The notes beneath the pieces are model-generated. The model made no database searches. It was not told the origin of the DNA and saw only the letters and a program-made list of their open reading frames with translations. 64,000 nt of DNA from Anthoceros angustus (Eukaryota; Plantae; Anthocerotophyta): positions 2,294,001 to 2,358,000 of the forward strand of contig MU008155.1 of NCBI GenBank assembly GCA_010909165.1. The letters are read 5' to 3'. How positions within the stretch are numbered: position 1 is the first letter of the stretch; the number at the start of each line of letters is the position of its first letter. Positions 33,490 to 46,260 of this stretch are shown here, piece by piece. The position numbers were made by a program, and so were the translations under genes.

Positions 33490-34420
33490 AGTGCTCACTA
33501 ACCATCTTAAACTGTGCAAATCGAATGCCTATCCCAGTAACCTACGTCTGGATGCCTCACTTACACCCATGGTTTGCATACACTTTTTGGCAAACCCCAT
33601 GGCTTGTTCGCGTTCCTCAGCGTTGAGCTCTCCTATCTCCTCTCCCTTCAAGTCTAGGATCATGCCATCTCCTCCTCGCCTGAATGCATAAGATTGTGGC
33701 GTACTTACGAAAGTCGGCCATGCCCTCCTAGCTTCACCAACTCTGTTTACTGGATAAAACGGCAGTTTGTCCATCTTCTTGACTTGGTGCGAGCACCTTT
33801 CCAGTTCCAAAATATCATCACCAGTCTTTCGTGGTGGAACCGTGAGCCTTCTGTGTTGCTTCAGCGTCTCAAATCCTGCAATATTGGTCCAATAGCTGCG
33901 AATCCTGTGTGCATAAGAGCCACACTGCACAGCATCAATAACCAACTCATTGCCGAACCATGATCGAACCTCCTCATACAGTGCTCTGACAGCCTGACGC
34001 TTGTCCAAAGCTCCACATATGTTTTCCAGTATGTACCAACATCTGGGGTTCACAAGTTGAACCTCCCTCACAACCCGCGCAACCTCAGCAGCAAGGGTAA
34101 CACCTTCGCCTTTTCCTCTTCCAGCCATTGAGAAGGTTTTACACTCCCATCCTGCGATGATCATGTCCACTGGACGGGACAGAGCTTGCAGCTGTTCCTT
34201 TCCCACGAGCTTCAGATCTGTGGGTAGCTTGCTCTGACAACCTCTCACTGTGTCTTCACTTAGCACAGATGGAAATAGCTTGCACAACCTGAGAATTCGA
34301 CTTCTGGCCACGACTCTAGCCTTTTCGTCCTTCTCCACACAGGTGTAGCTGCAAACCTTGATGCCACATTGAAGCACCGCTTCCAATCCACCGATTCAGA
34401 AGCATAATTCTAACGGTGAG
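33490..34420 (-). pseudogene. DNMT3-like C5 cytosine DNA methyltransferase domain encoded inside the retrotransposon pol
   Basis: Motif I LELC..I.GGLEAVL; motif IV DMIIAGWECKTFSMAG (catalytic Cys kept); motif VI ILENI; motif VIII DAVQCGSYAHRIRSYWTNIAG; motifs IX-X EEREQAMGF...SEASRRRLLG then TAG. Confidence 0.88.
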
Positions 34421-34724
34421 TACCTTGAGCTTGCTCTCCATCGCACTACCGAGTCATTGATTCGCCTTCCATCCGTCTTGGCGGGCTTCACGTTTGACAT
34501 GGATCTCTCAGGACATATGTTAGTGAGATTCCACGGGCGATTCTCCTTTCTGATTCTCTCGAACCCTTGCCTCCTCAAGGTGCTCAGAGTGCGCAATCTT
34601 CAGCACTCCCTTCCGCTCTGCGGGTTTCGGTGCCTCCTGAGAGGACAATTCCTCTGTCTCCTCCTATATCTCATGCCTATGCTCAATTTGAGCACTGGAA
34701 GCCATCCTGCTATCTGGGCCATCT

Positions 34725-35378
34725 CGCAGCAAGGGAAACACCTTCGCCTTTTCCTCTTCCAGCCACTGAGAAGGTTTTACACTCCCAGCCTACGATGATC
34801 ATGTCCATCGGACGGGCCGAGCTTGCACTGCCTTTTCCCACGAGCTTCAGATCTGTGGGTAGCTTGCTCTGACAACCTCTCACTGCGTCTTCACTTAGCA
34901 GAGATGGAAATAGCTTGCACAACCTGAGAATTCGACTTCTGGCCACGACTCTAGCCTTTTCGTCCTTCTCCACACAGGTGTAGCTGCAAACCTTGATGCC
35001 ACATTGAAGCACCGCTTCCAATCCACTGCTGATTCGTAAGCATAATTCTAACAGGTGAGTACCTTCAGAGCTTGCTCTCCATCGCACTACCGAGTCATTG
35101 ATTCGCCTTCCATCCGTCTTGGCGGGCTTCACGTTTGACATGGATCTCTCAGGACATATGTTAGTGAGATTCCACGGGCGATTCTCCTTTCTGCGCTGAT
35201 TCTCTCGAACCCTTGCCTCCTCAAGGTGCTCAGAGCGCGCAATCTTCAACACTCCCTTCCGCTCTGCGGGTTTCGGTGCCTCCTGAGAGGACAATTCCTC
35301 TGTCTCCTCCTATATCTCATGCCTATGCTCAATTTGAGCACTGGAAGCCATCCTGCTGTCTGGGCCATCTCGCCGCAG
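34725..35378 (-). repeat. ~640-bp tandem duplicate of the protease-MTase linker and MTase N-terminal half (duplicates 34087-34727)
   Basis: Second copy encodes ELCLRISSGLEAVLQCG...IIVGWECKTFSVAG; junction shares GCAGCA microhomology. Confidence 0.85.
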
Positions 35379-35816
35379 CATGCTGGCATCCTTCACATCC
35401 CTGTCGTTCCTTCTGCCACTTTTGCTCATGTTCAGAGGAATGGTCGCAATTCGCGAGAAATCTCCTTGCTTCCACAGTGGTCGATAGAAGGCTTCTTCAT
35501 ACATTGGATCAATTCCCATGGCAGGGCCATGTGTGGCATCCGCCCCCAACAACACATCATAAGATGTAGCACAGGTCACCAAGCACCGTACCTCCATTGT
35601 GGTTGCATCCTCTGTGCCCGGCTTCAACTCGATCTTGATCGGTCTCCTGGTCATTCCCATCACCATCTCCTTCGTACCTGCAGAAGTAGTGATGCTCACA
35701 TCGCTTGGTACCAGCTTGCTACCATACAGCTTGAGAGCAGCCTGTGCACAAGCTCCCAACAATACTGGATCTACTCCAGTATCCACCAGCACATTACCAT
35801 GTGAACCTTCTTTCAT
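35310..35816 (-). CDS. Retroviral-type aspartic protease domain of the Gypsy element
   Basis: GNVLVDTGVDPVLLG (DTG), ...SYDVLLGAD (flap/C-terminal LLG motif). Confidence 0.85.
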   Translation of the reverse strand: MKEGSHGNVLVDTGVDPVLLGACAQAALKLYGSKLVPSDVSITTSAGTKEMVMGMTRRPIKIELKPGTEDATTMEVRCLVTCATSYDVLLGADATHGPAMGIDPMYEEAFYRPLWKQGDFSRIATIPLNMSKSGRRNDRDVKDASMLRRDGPDSRMASSAQIEHRHEI

Positions 35817-36269
35817 CCCTCCAAAGCTATAAGTCTGTATGTAGGCTACAAATTATAGAACCTATACGGATAGAGCTTTGGACTACCTTTAGTACCAACT
35901 TTCGCACCTTGAAATTTGATTAGAATTTAAAAATGGACGGAATATGATGAAAGCATATGCAAACAGGTTGGTAACTTTCAATTGATTTTCATTCAAATTT
36001 TCATCCCTAAAAACTCTGCTTTCTTGAAAGCTCAACCAAATCTAGGCAAACCTTAAAACCTAAAAAGCACAAGATTTGGCTCAAAGCTGATCCATTTAAT
36101 TACTGTTAATTACTTTTTTTTGTCTCAAGCTAATCAGTGATTGAATCCGTGGTGATCCAACAGGTGTCTCCCGACATGTCTCCGTTCGGTCCTATGGGCA
36201 CCGTTCCCCCCAAATTGCTTTCGTTCAAATTCGTTTCTGGCTATCCCCTCACTTTTTGAAGCCTGAGCT

Positions 36270-36620
36270 ATGCCGACAGCGCAATCGTCTTTGTCGGGAA
36301 GAAGCTGCCGACATCAAACACTAGCTTGCATTTGGGAGCACGATGAAATCATTGCACTAGTGGAGGTGAAGCTGGCAGAGGCATATAGCAAAGGTGATAT
36401 TGGTACTCAAAAACACAAGTGGGTCAAAGTGCAAGAGGAATATGTAAATAAAGGCTACAACGGGAAGTCCATAAAGCAGTTGAAAAACAAGTGGAATTCT
36501 CTTGAGCGGGAAGCTAAGACGGTATTAGATTACTAGTCAGTTACCTGAGCTAGGACAGACTACTTTGACACGGTCCATGAAGACAAGGTTGAACTGAAAC
36601 AAAGAATCTGTCCACGCCTG
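36270..36620 (+). pseudogene. Myb/SANT-like (trihelix-type) DNA-binding domain remnant, possibly from a Harbinger ORF
   Basis: WEHDEIIALVEVK...KWVKVQEE...GKSIKQLKNKWNSLERE, followed by stops. Confidence 0.6.
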
Positions 36621-39381
36621 GCTCTGAAGGTTGATCGAGAGTTTTTCGATCTCTACTTTTAGATACGGGTTGTCAAAGCGGGGTCAGGGCGACAACAAAT
36701 TCCCAAGTCACAGCTTGCCAACAGTGATGACCCTCCTCCGTCCAATCTTGAGTCGACATATGAGGAAAAAGAAGATTGATGGCCAAATGTGTCGTTCGTG
36801 TTGCAGTGGGAGCCTTCTGCTCGGGACACTTGCATGTCGCCCAATGCCGGGGATGGGAAGGAGCTAAGGTACCATACTACTTGTGGGTTTGCCTCGACTG
36901 TGTCTCCAGCTGTGGGGAGTAGGAAGAGGAGAAGGAGGTGTATATACAGCGGTAACACGAGCAGGTTTCAGCCCAAGCTATGGCAGGTGTATAAGTGGGA
37001 CTTCGTCATCAACCAAATGATGGGAAAGGATGTGGAGTTTGGGATCGGGCTGTGCACTGATCAGGATCGGAAGAACATCTTCCCCTACTCTGTGTGGCTG
37101 GGAGACCAGAGCAATAGGTGGGTGTTGGAGGGGCAAGGCAGGTTCTGACACAACAAGACGCACTCCCTCAACTGGTGGGTGGTGAGTGAAAACTGTTCTG
37201 TGGAATTGAAAAAACTGTTCCATGAAATGAGACGTTTGCTCTGATTCCCATCGAATAACACACCGTCCAATGCAACTGTTTCACTATTTGGTAAATTAAT
37301 CTATTCGAAGTTACTTCTAGAAAGTTGTATATGTGTTTGAATACCCAATTATTTATGATTTTGTTCACACACATTTCGCCAATTGAAATCTGAAATGAAA
37401 ACTGGATTTGTCATGTTGTGTGACACTAATCTCTGCACTTGGGTTTAGTGTTGGATTAGCATTAATTAATCTAATTATTTATCTTTAAATAAGTAATTAT
37501 TATTAATTAATCTAAATTTTTATGTTAATTAAGCATTGATTAGTGTTAATTAAAAATGGTTAGCAATAGCTAAGTAGATAAGCATAAGTAATATGCTTTA
37601 GCATATTTCTTGCATATTATAGTGTATTCTTAGGATATTTCCGGCATATATTGATGCTAATAGGATATCGTAGGAATATGCCGATGCCAAGGGCTAGTAT
37701 TTATAGACCCTTTCACAGAGGACAAGCTCAGATCATAGCTTGTCCTCTAGATATGCAATGCAAGAGTGTTGTGAGGAGGCCAAAGTTATGACTTCGAGAG
37801 CGGTGTGCGAGGAATTTGCATGTGGTTCTTGTGGTGAGAGTGTGTTTGTGCCACAACGTGCAAGCTACTCTCTTCTATGTTATTAGTTTGCACCTATACT
37901 TGCATATTAGATTTGTTTTGCTTGGTTGTTTGTTGAGGAAGTGTTTATATAAATACAAGTGCTTACCTCTTGCGACAATGTACAAATCAAATTAGAACAA
38001 AATCAATTCCAAATTAGCTCTCAAGTCAGCTCTCAAGTCAGGTCTTAAGCTTTCGATGTAAAATCTTGCCTAAAGTTTAGTCCGTAAGGGTCAATGAACT
38101 CTTGGCTTCACATAATATGTACCATATTGTATGCCAGCTATGAAATATGTTGGCAAGGTGTCACTAGAAAGTAATGCCACCAAAATACTTGGCAAGGTAT
38201 TAGCAGGAAGTAGTGGCACCAGACGTCTTCCCATATTAGCAGCGGCTTGAATAATGTGGTTCAAGAAGCCATAAAAATACAAGAGCCAATATCCTGATTG
38301 GAATCCAATATAGTGGCTTGAACACTGGCGTCCACCACGAAGCCATCTAAAATACAAGACCCAACATGATGATTGGAATCCAATATTTTTGAAATACTAA
38401 TTTATCTATTCATAAAATATAATTTAAAGTGAACAAAAGACCATAATTGAAGCGCAATGCAAGACGTAACTTCACTCCCGCTTCGCTTCGACCACATGAA
38501 ATGAGCGCGCACACAATGAAACATGAAACCCTACGACGGGCCTGGGGTAGATATCAGAATTTTTGGTAACGATGCCCTGCCCGGCTTCTGCAAAGCCGCT
38601 CACCGCCCGTGGGAAACTTACACGAGGCAGTGAACTTTGAAGCGGACCGACATGATTAGGGTTTAGGGACTGTCATGCCAATGTGACACGGATTTCACCC
38701 GGGTTGAAACCGGTCTGAATGGGGTTGCCATACACGCGCGAACCCACACATGGGCCCCGGCTGCAGCACATTGGACAGCTCGATTTCGATATGGCACGGT
38801 TGGAGTGTCAGAGTCTCACAGTATACGGTAGTCATGGAAAACTGACCCGCAATTGCAGCATCTGAAGATCCCGTATTTGCAGCACTTGAGTCGGATTTCG
38901 AAGCTGTGTAGTCTAGACAGGTGTGGTCCGGTCTGGGACTGTGGCCCTCCAGGGTGGGATGCAATGGTCGGCGCAAAGCGTAATCGGACAAGGAAGCAGA
39001 ATATATCTGCTACCCCAGATCAAGCAATGCGCTGAACGAAACAGTCGTCTCATTTGCATAGGCAATGGATCTACTTTGGAGGTCCAGGGCAGTACTCACC
39101 ACTATAAATGAACAAATAGTAAAAACGTATCTCAGAATATACAAAGTTCAGTGAAATGAACCCGACTCACAAAGCCCCACTGCTTCATATTTACTGAACC
39201 TGTGGAGGTGCAGCCACAACACTCGCTTGTCAACGGGACTCCATACAGCATGAGCTATTCCACCACGGCCTCAAATACTCCCCGCTCCGTACAACTTGCC
39301 TTGTACCGGACCAAGAAAACCAAAAAATCTACAATCCCACGCCATTTCTGATGACAAAAATCGGATGTGCTAAGGAGTGCA

Positions 39382-41009
39382 TTACACTACGACACCCACA
39401 ACAGATATGAACATGACTCCAAGTGCTTTGTACGACAAAGCTTTTAACTCCTTCTTCAGCCGGGCTACCTGTTGGCTATCCCTTGCCTTCGTTGCGAGAC
39501 TGATACAATCGTTTTTCAGACTGAGAATCACCTTTCTCAAGCTGCGCATAGCGGCAGCCAACCACAACAGGCATACTCCTCGGATGATAATGATTAGCTT
39601 GCCGTTGTCGAATACAGCGTTGACACACAGCATGCGAGAAGCCACGTAGAGAATCATGGCCAGCCCACCCCCCGCGAGCCCAACTGCAAATTGATTCAGA
39701 CATACAGCCAGCTCCTGCGCATACTCTTTCCTCATTGCCAACAGAAACTCCGCATTAGAGCATTTCGTCTGCACGAAAGGCTGTCCCAGAAGGAAATCCA
39801 ACACCTGCAGGGGATTGTTGTGGAAAAGGTCTCTTGGTTTCATGGTGGCCCTCCGTCCGTGTACTTTCGCTTCTCCCTTCACAGCTGCTCTTGCAACCCT
39901 TTTGTTTGGCGACCTAAGCAAACCACAGAACCAGCTTTAGCCGACTTGAGAGAAGAAACTGGAACGTATTGGACACAAATTTTGGGGACCTTCTGAGCTA
40001 GGCAGACCAATCAGAAAAGAAAGCCAGGGAAATGTCACACCTTTTGGTCCCACTGACTCTGTCAGATGTCTTCGCTGCAGCCAATCTCTTGGCACCCATC
40101 ACCTTTAACTTTGCAGCCCTGAAGCGAGACATATGAGAGAGCCATCAGAACTTGTCTGATGCAAACAATCCATGACCTACTTTGAAAACCAAAATTTTGA
40201 CAGCACCGAGCCCCGGACAAGTCTGAAAAGCTTCAAAACCTGCACCCATGTAAAACAACTGTTCTTCACATGGTTGAACGGTTGTTTTTACAAGCTGTCC
40301 CCTAACGAGTTAGCACAAACCTTGATGTTGCACGATCGACATGTACAGCTGGCTTCTCGTTGTCTTGGAGTGGCAGCCATATGAATGCTGTAGATGATTG
40401 AAAAGCTGCCAGTGGAGCTTGCCGACTATTTGAGTTGTCCAGTTCACTCTGTCTTATCAACTCCAGCACACCTTCCCGCCGAGGAGCTTCAAATAGCTTT
40501 TGATGAGTTCCCGCAGACAGTGCTGGATGTCGTGCATAGACCTGAACTTCATCTCTCCTTGGTCTGGCCTGCTGAGAAAAGAAAGGCATAGTTCCCCAAT
40601 CCACCATTTCAAAGCTGGGAGCCTGCAGCCTTGAAATGGAATTGGTTTCCAGCCAACCTTGATACCGTGTGCCAGGCCTGCCAGCTCGTATTCCACCTCC
40701 AAGGCCATAGATCCCATCGGACCTCTGCCACACGCCCGCAGTCTCCGATGTACTGACAGGCGTGAAGGAGGCACTCCTCCTTGCTTGCGGGGCTACAGAG
40801 TGAGCAAGATCCTTGAGCATTTCATTCATCATAGCCCATCGAGGAACTGTTCCAGCACTTCCGCTGTAAAAAGTGGGCCCAGAGTGAGAAAACTCTGCTA
40901 TCCCTAAGAGCTCCTGACAGACCGCAGAGGCTCGGTTGAAGTGAGACGCGTCGTTTGCTCCGTCAAATATGAAAGACACCAACCTATCCCAAGCCAACAC
41001 CTGGTCCAC
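39382..41009 (-). CDS. Uncharacterised plant protein with two C-terminal hydrophobic (TM-like) helices, multi-exon; 5' end uncertain
   Basis: ORFs 40302-41009 (YARHPALSAG...REGVLELI) and 39382-39921 (FAVGLAGGGLAMILYVASRM...GVCLLWLAAAMRSLR...KALSYKALGVMF) resemble a conserved plant family of unknown function (recalled, not searched). Confidence 0.55.
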
Positions 41010-42689
41010 CTTACCAAACCTGAAGACAAGAGATCCATCTCGTTCCTCTGCAAAAGGCGAGTGTCAGACTCTCATCTCAACCATATCACCCCCACCGAAA
41101 GCTCTTCAACCTGCAGTGCTTACCATCTATATCCACGAGAAACACAAAGCTGGGAGCACTCGGTGCTGAAGCATCCGATGAAGCCGACACTTTATAGCGT
41201 GCACCCTCTTCTGCCGCCGAACGATTTCTCCATCTGGAGTATAAAGTATCACTACTCCTAGACTTCACTGACTTATTCGACTTGCACACTAGACTTCCCA
41301 CGGGGGTTTGGTCGCTGTACGCTGACCGCAGCCACTTGTGTCCAGAGATCCCAGCGCTCTGCAAAAAGGCGGATTCCACCACAACGTTTGCACATCAGCA
41401 AGACCGTCACAAACCGAGCTAGAACTTCAAAAATCCCGTCCAGGGAACATGTTCCAAACAGTCCAGCAACACCAGTAACAATTAGCCCCAGGCAGGTCAG
41501 AATCCCGAAGAGACAACAGGAGAATTCGTAGAACGGGAAGCACCTCGTAAGTCCCTCTGACCGCGAACGCGATAGGCTCCCGGCCTGGCTCCAAACTGGA
41601 GCTAGCATTTCCGGAGCAGACGCAGGTGCTCGCGCCAGGGCTGGGGAGCCGCATAACGGCGGCCATGAGCGCAAATCCTTCCTCACTCCCGCTGTGGCAG
41701 ATCCGAATTCAGGACGAACGGCACGGGCGCGAGGCGGTTGTCATCTGTGCGCCACATGCTCCAGTCTGCCCGGCAGGGCAGCGCCCTGTGTTTTTGCCGC
41801 CATTTCATGGACCCCACTAGTGTTCAAGGACACAGAGCGCTACGTCAAGAACTGAGCAGGTGAGCATCCAGACGAAGCAGCCGCTGCTGTGACGGAAGAG
41901 GTTGCAGACACAGCGCAGCAGAGCGCAGGACAGAGCCCGCCACGGTCGCATCTACTTCGCGCCCTGGATGAACAAGAGCTCGCACGCAGGAAGCTCCACC
42001 AACCAAGCGCCCGGGCTTCCGCACCACTACAACCAGGTTGTCGCCGAGCGGGCCCGACAGGGCACACGGGACGGGACGGAACGGAACGGAACATAACGGG
42101 ACGGGACGAGGATCCGACGGACTAGTTCCAGACGGCACTAATTGGCATCGGACCGCGGGCGCGGGTGGCGACCTCGACCCTGTCCGACGACACTTCAATT
42201 TACACCGCGGCAAGTTGTCAAGACTCGACCAAGGACTTTTGGCGCGGATCTCACCTAGGGAACCTTGAGCTTCACACAAGGAATATCTAGCGCGCCACTG
42301 CCCTTGCCAGCCTAGCATTTCAATTTCAGCGGGCCCAGGAAGTTTGAATCCGAATTTCTGACCACCTGTTGGCTATGGCCTACCGCAACCGTTTAGGTAT
42401 GAAATTATTACTTTTCTACTAGCTATCCGCACTATTCTCGTCGGGGCTGACTCCGAATCATAGCCTCCCGGAAATACGCATGCCTTGCTCCCTAAGCTTT
42501 GTCCATACAAAATTCACGCGACCGATACGAAGGGAGCTTTCTATTGGATGGCGTGATCTCATCCGATTTTATTTACATCTAGCTTTTCAGCCTTTCTTCA
42601 AATGGCTATGGCATAGGGAAGGAAGTGCCGGACATCGCCTTCGAGGGGCCCGATGACATGTAATTTATAATATTACTCGCTTTGCCTCT

Positions 42690-42855
42690 CGGGCTATTGT
42701 GAGCATTTTTCCTACACGTTCTTCTTCGGGCTCGCCGTTGGCTGGCTCCAATATGCAAGAATAGATGGCGACGCCTTTTGGGCTATTGTAAGCATTTTCC
42801 CTACACGTTCTTCTTCTGGCTCGCCGCTAGCTGGCTCCAATATGCAAAAATAGAT
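42690..42855. repeat. ~88-bp direct repeat pair
   Basis: GGGCTATTGT(G/A)AGCATTTT(T/C)CCTACACGTTCTTCTTC.GGCTCGCCG.T.GCTGGCTCCAATATGCAA.AATAGAT occurs twice. Confidence 0.85.
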
Positions 42856-43229
42856 CGCGCCGCCATCCATTCCTTCACCTCCCTCCTCGCCTGATTACCT
42901 TGGTTCCGCTACGACCATTATTACATTTTGCGTATGTAGGATCAGCATGCCAACGCCATAAAAATAATAGTTACTCTCTGTGTATTGGATGAGACTTGGT
43001 TCATACCATTCCACCCTAAACCTTACCGGATGTGACTGCATGTGGAGCTAGACATGCCCAATTTTGCCATCGATGGCACATAGCACATCTAGGTGGAAGA
43101 GCGCACAGCCGGCATAAGTTAGCTCGGTGGTGGAGGTGGTGAGAGGTGGGCCAGGCGCGAAGAAGAAGAAGAAGAAGAAGAATTTTATTTAAGTACAGGT
43201 CAGGCATTCGAAGGTAGAGCTGGTGGAGC

Positions 43230-43740
43230 TACATCGCAAGAGTGAAGACAATTTTGCTTCAACTTTAAATCAATTCATCACTCTTTTCGAGAACACGACA
43301 GGCTTGCGATTGAGCTCATTAGAAAGACGATAAACGCCCGATATGCGAACCAAGAAGTTGCACTAACATCAAGAGAATGTAATAAGAACCAACAGCACCG
43401 TCAAGTAGATCACACCGAGACCCAAGCCTTCACAGGACTTCATGGTGTTTTTTCTAGCCCCGTATCTCCTCCTTTTATGTATTCAAGGTCATATTGGTAA
43501 GAAAATGCTAAGTCGTCTGCTTGATATTTCAAGACACCTACATCAAACCTTACATCGAAGGGAAAACAAAGGACTTCATCAACGATCAAGGAAGAATCTT
43601 TAGGTCAAGGAGAATCCATAGTCAAAGTAAAGAGCACTGCAGCAAGCCAATAGGTACAAGAGTGGACTTAAATTACATCATACAACTGACCTCATTCATA
43701 TTCGTGGGTCAATGGAAGATGAGTTCAATCGTCAACTAAA
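43230..43740 (+). pseudogene. Degenerate LINE (L1-like) ORF2 fragment from just after the RT core
   Basis: SEDNFASTLNQFITLFENTTGLRLS resembles the post-RT 'F..ASGL.IN..KS' segment; many stops and frameshifts. Confidence 0.35.
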
Positions 43741-44339
43741 ACAAGGTAGACCTAGAAATCATTTTTGTTCTTCTCTAAGCCGTAAACCCTAAACATTGCG
43801 TTCTAATGTTTAACTCTTTGATTGCATCTTCAATCCAAGCATCATTCAAATCATCCTTATATGTGATACAAATATTATAAAGCACTAAGGAAGTGGAAAC
43901 TATAATAGATAGTCTACGAGCAAGTGATGAATAATTAATAATCCAATAAAATATGCCACCTTGTCTTCAATATGCCAAATGCTATGATCGACCGGATATA
44001 CACCATATATTTGCAATGGTCCCCAATAAATCAACAAAAATTAACTTGAGAATAGCAACAACAACACATGTGTCCAAAGGGAGTGCTTTCATGGCATAAG
44101 TATCCTATTTTTTCACATGTGATGTCACCTACTGACATATGTACTCAAAATGTGGAACCACTAACATGCAAAAACATATTGAGCATTTTTATTTAAGATA
44201 AGCAGAATGTCACCGCCGTCCCACTCCTCCCACACGGCCACCACTCCTCTCAGACTCATGCACACATATCGCGTAAGCTCACTTGACACTCGCGTGCTAA
44301 CCCAGGTAAGAGTTGGGTTAGCACGCGAGTGTAACTCTC

Positions 44340-45716
44340 TTCCCACTCTTCAAGCTTGGGTAAAAGTTGGCAGTCAAAACTTTCAGAAGAGTGCATTGGA
44401 GGACCATGCAAAGAGTACATATCATTTAGCGTCACTGAAGATGGAGCAAGCCCAAGCCAAGGCTTAACAACCAACCATGCAACGAACTTTGGAAATGCAT
44501 TTTTCCAAAAAGGATAAGGAGATTCTCAACTTGTTGAAGTTCGCTTATTTCATTGCTAAGAAGGATTTGAGTTTCCATATGTACGAGGACCTTTGTGAGT
44601 TCATGGGGATATCGGAGTGGAAGGCATTCCAAAGGTGGAGACATATGGTTCATATCTTACAGATAGTGCTTGCAAGGAGCATGTGGTTCTCATAGCCAAT
44701 TTTTTACGCGAACAATAGAAGGAGAGGTTGCGTGCAAGTCCATGGTATGGAACACTCATAGATCAGGGGACAGACAAGGCGATGGTGCAACACATAATTA
44801 TTTATGTGTATTATTTGCATAATGGGATGGTACGAACGAAGTTTTTGAAGCTAGCCAACATAACAAGTGCACGTGCGGAAGGGATCTTCAACGTCTTGGT
44901 TGAGCAATTGCAACTCTTTGATCTGGACATAAAAAAAATGAGTGGATTTGCAAGCGATGGAGCATCAGTCATGATTGGCAAGGGCGAAGGCCAAGGAGAT
45001 CACAATGTTGTGAAGTTTCTGCGAAATGTGAATCCGTATTTTGCTCAAACTCATTGTGTTGCTCACCGTACGGCGCTTGCAGCTACAGAGGTAGCATCCA
45101 AGGTTTCCGACTTTGAGGTGGCGGACAAGATTGTCAAGAAATTGCACGCTGCTCTTCATCATTCAAGTAAGAAGACTACGGCTTTGCGTGAATTGCAAGT
45201 GCAATTAGAAATACAAGTCTTAACTGTATCAGGAATTCATGATGTGCGTCGGTTGTCTAGAGGTCAAGCCATGAGTAGAATAGTTTGTCTATTACTAGCT
45301 TTACTTAAATTTGCTCAAGAGGATGAGAGCCTAAATTGGCCAAAAGCCAATAAGGGTCCAAGTAGTTCTTCTTCTTTGCAGAGAAAGACTGTCTTCCAAG
45401 CTTTATTAACTACTAAGGCCTTGTTTTCATTTCACTTTTTATCAGATATTTTAGAGGTCCTTAATTCCTTGAATACTAACTTTCAACGTGATTATTAACT
45501 ACTAAGGCCTTGTTTTCATTTCACTTTTTATCAGATATTTTAGAGGTCCTTAATTCCTTGAATACTAACTTTCAACGTGATTATCTGGAGCATAGCTTCC
45601 CTCATGACCATATTATGGCGGCCAGGGCCAACTGTAAACCCTCAACTACCACTAAACTACCCATAAGTCCTAAACTATCCCTAAACTATGTATGGAGAGA
45701 AAGGGTCAACATTTAA
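44340..45716 (+). mobile_element. hAT-family transposase remnant (DUF4371/ZNF862-like)
   Basis: FQKSALEDHAKSTYH; FAYFIAKKDLSFHMY; PWYGTLIDQGTD; GFASDGASVMIG; HCVAHR; 89-bp tandem duplication at 45403-45580; stops and frameshifts. Confidence 0.88.
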
Positions 45717-46260
45717 TGACATTTATATCAGCTAATTTTTTTCTTCATCTTCTTCATGCCATTTGGATTGACTAATTTTTTTTTCCATCTTCTTTATGAC
45801 CTTTAAATTAGCTAATTTAAATAATATTTAAATTCCACCCATCTTCTCCATGACATTTAGATTAACTAATTTTTTCCTTCCATCATCTTCCACCCCCGAC
45901 GCCGTTACCCACAATCCTGCAAATTTTTCGATCAGCCCGTAACCATACATCCATACGGTTTAAACCATGGCCAAATTTAAGCCACCATGCCGCGCGACGA
46001 GGGATGCGGCATGAACATGGCGTGGATTTGCTGACGAGTACGGACACGGGGAACTGGAGGGCACCCGCTTCAAGGCAGCGTCCGCATTTAAATAGCCTCT
46101 GGCGAAATGCGGCATAAGGATACTCACCTAGGGGATTGATAGATGTACGGACTATTCTTATTGTCAGCTGTTTGTAGACTATTTGCTTATGTGTTCCTCA
46201 CTGATCAGAATTGGTTCCGGCTTATTGTGTGGCAGCTGTTAAGGACATGGCAAATATTTT

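Larger units (their letters stand above)
32616..35816 (-). mobile_element. Ty3/Gypsy retrotransposon fragment with order protease - DNMT3-like methyltransferase - reverse transcriptase
   Basis: Aspartic protease VLVDTGVDPVLLG (35310-35816); C5-MTase motifs (33490-34420); RT PIFRRRHRLSPAE...GLIRKSSSEYAAATVL and KTALW...MPFRLKNA...YIDDILVFS (32616-33372); no LTR, RNase H or integrase visible. Confidence 0.88.

Noticed and set aside
33529-33531. TAG in the methyltransferase being repaired by U-to-C RNA editing
   Set aside because: Reverse editing is organellar; the element also has frameshifts, so simple decay is more parsimonious
35998-36009. Exact maize Ac-type TIR (TAGGGATGAAA, minus strand)
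   Set aside because: Single 11-bp match with no partner TIR, 8-bp TSD or subterminal repeats found
37423-38040. Solo LTR (TGAC...GTCA, AT-rich, TATA-like boxes)
   Set aside because: No matching TSD, PBS/PPT or second copy in the window
38655-38668. Interstitial telomere repeat (TTAGGGTTTAGGG)
   Set aside because: Only two units; at most a telo-box, expected by chance or as a common promoter motif
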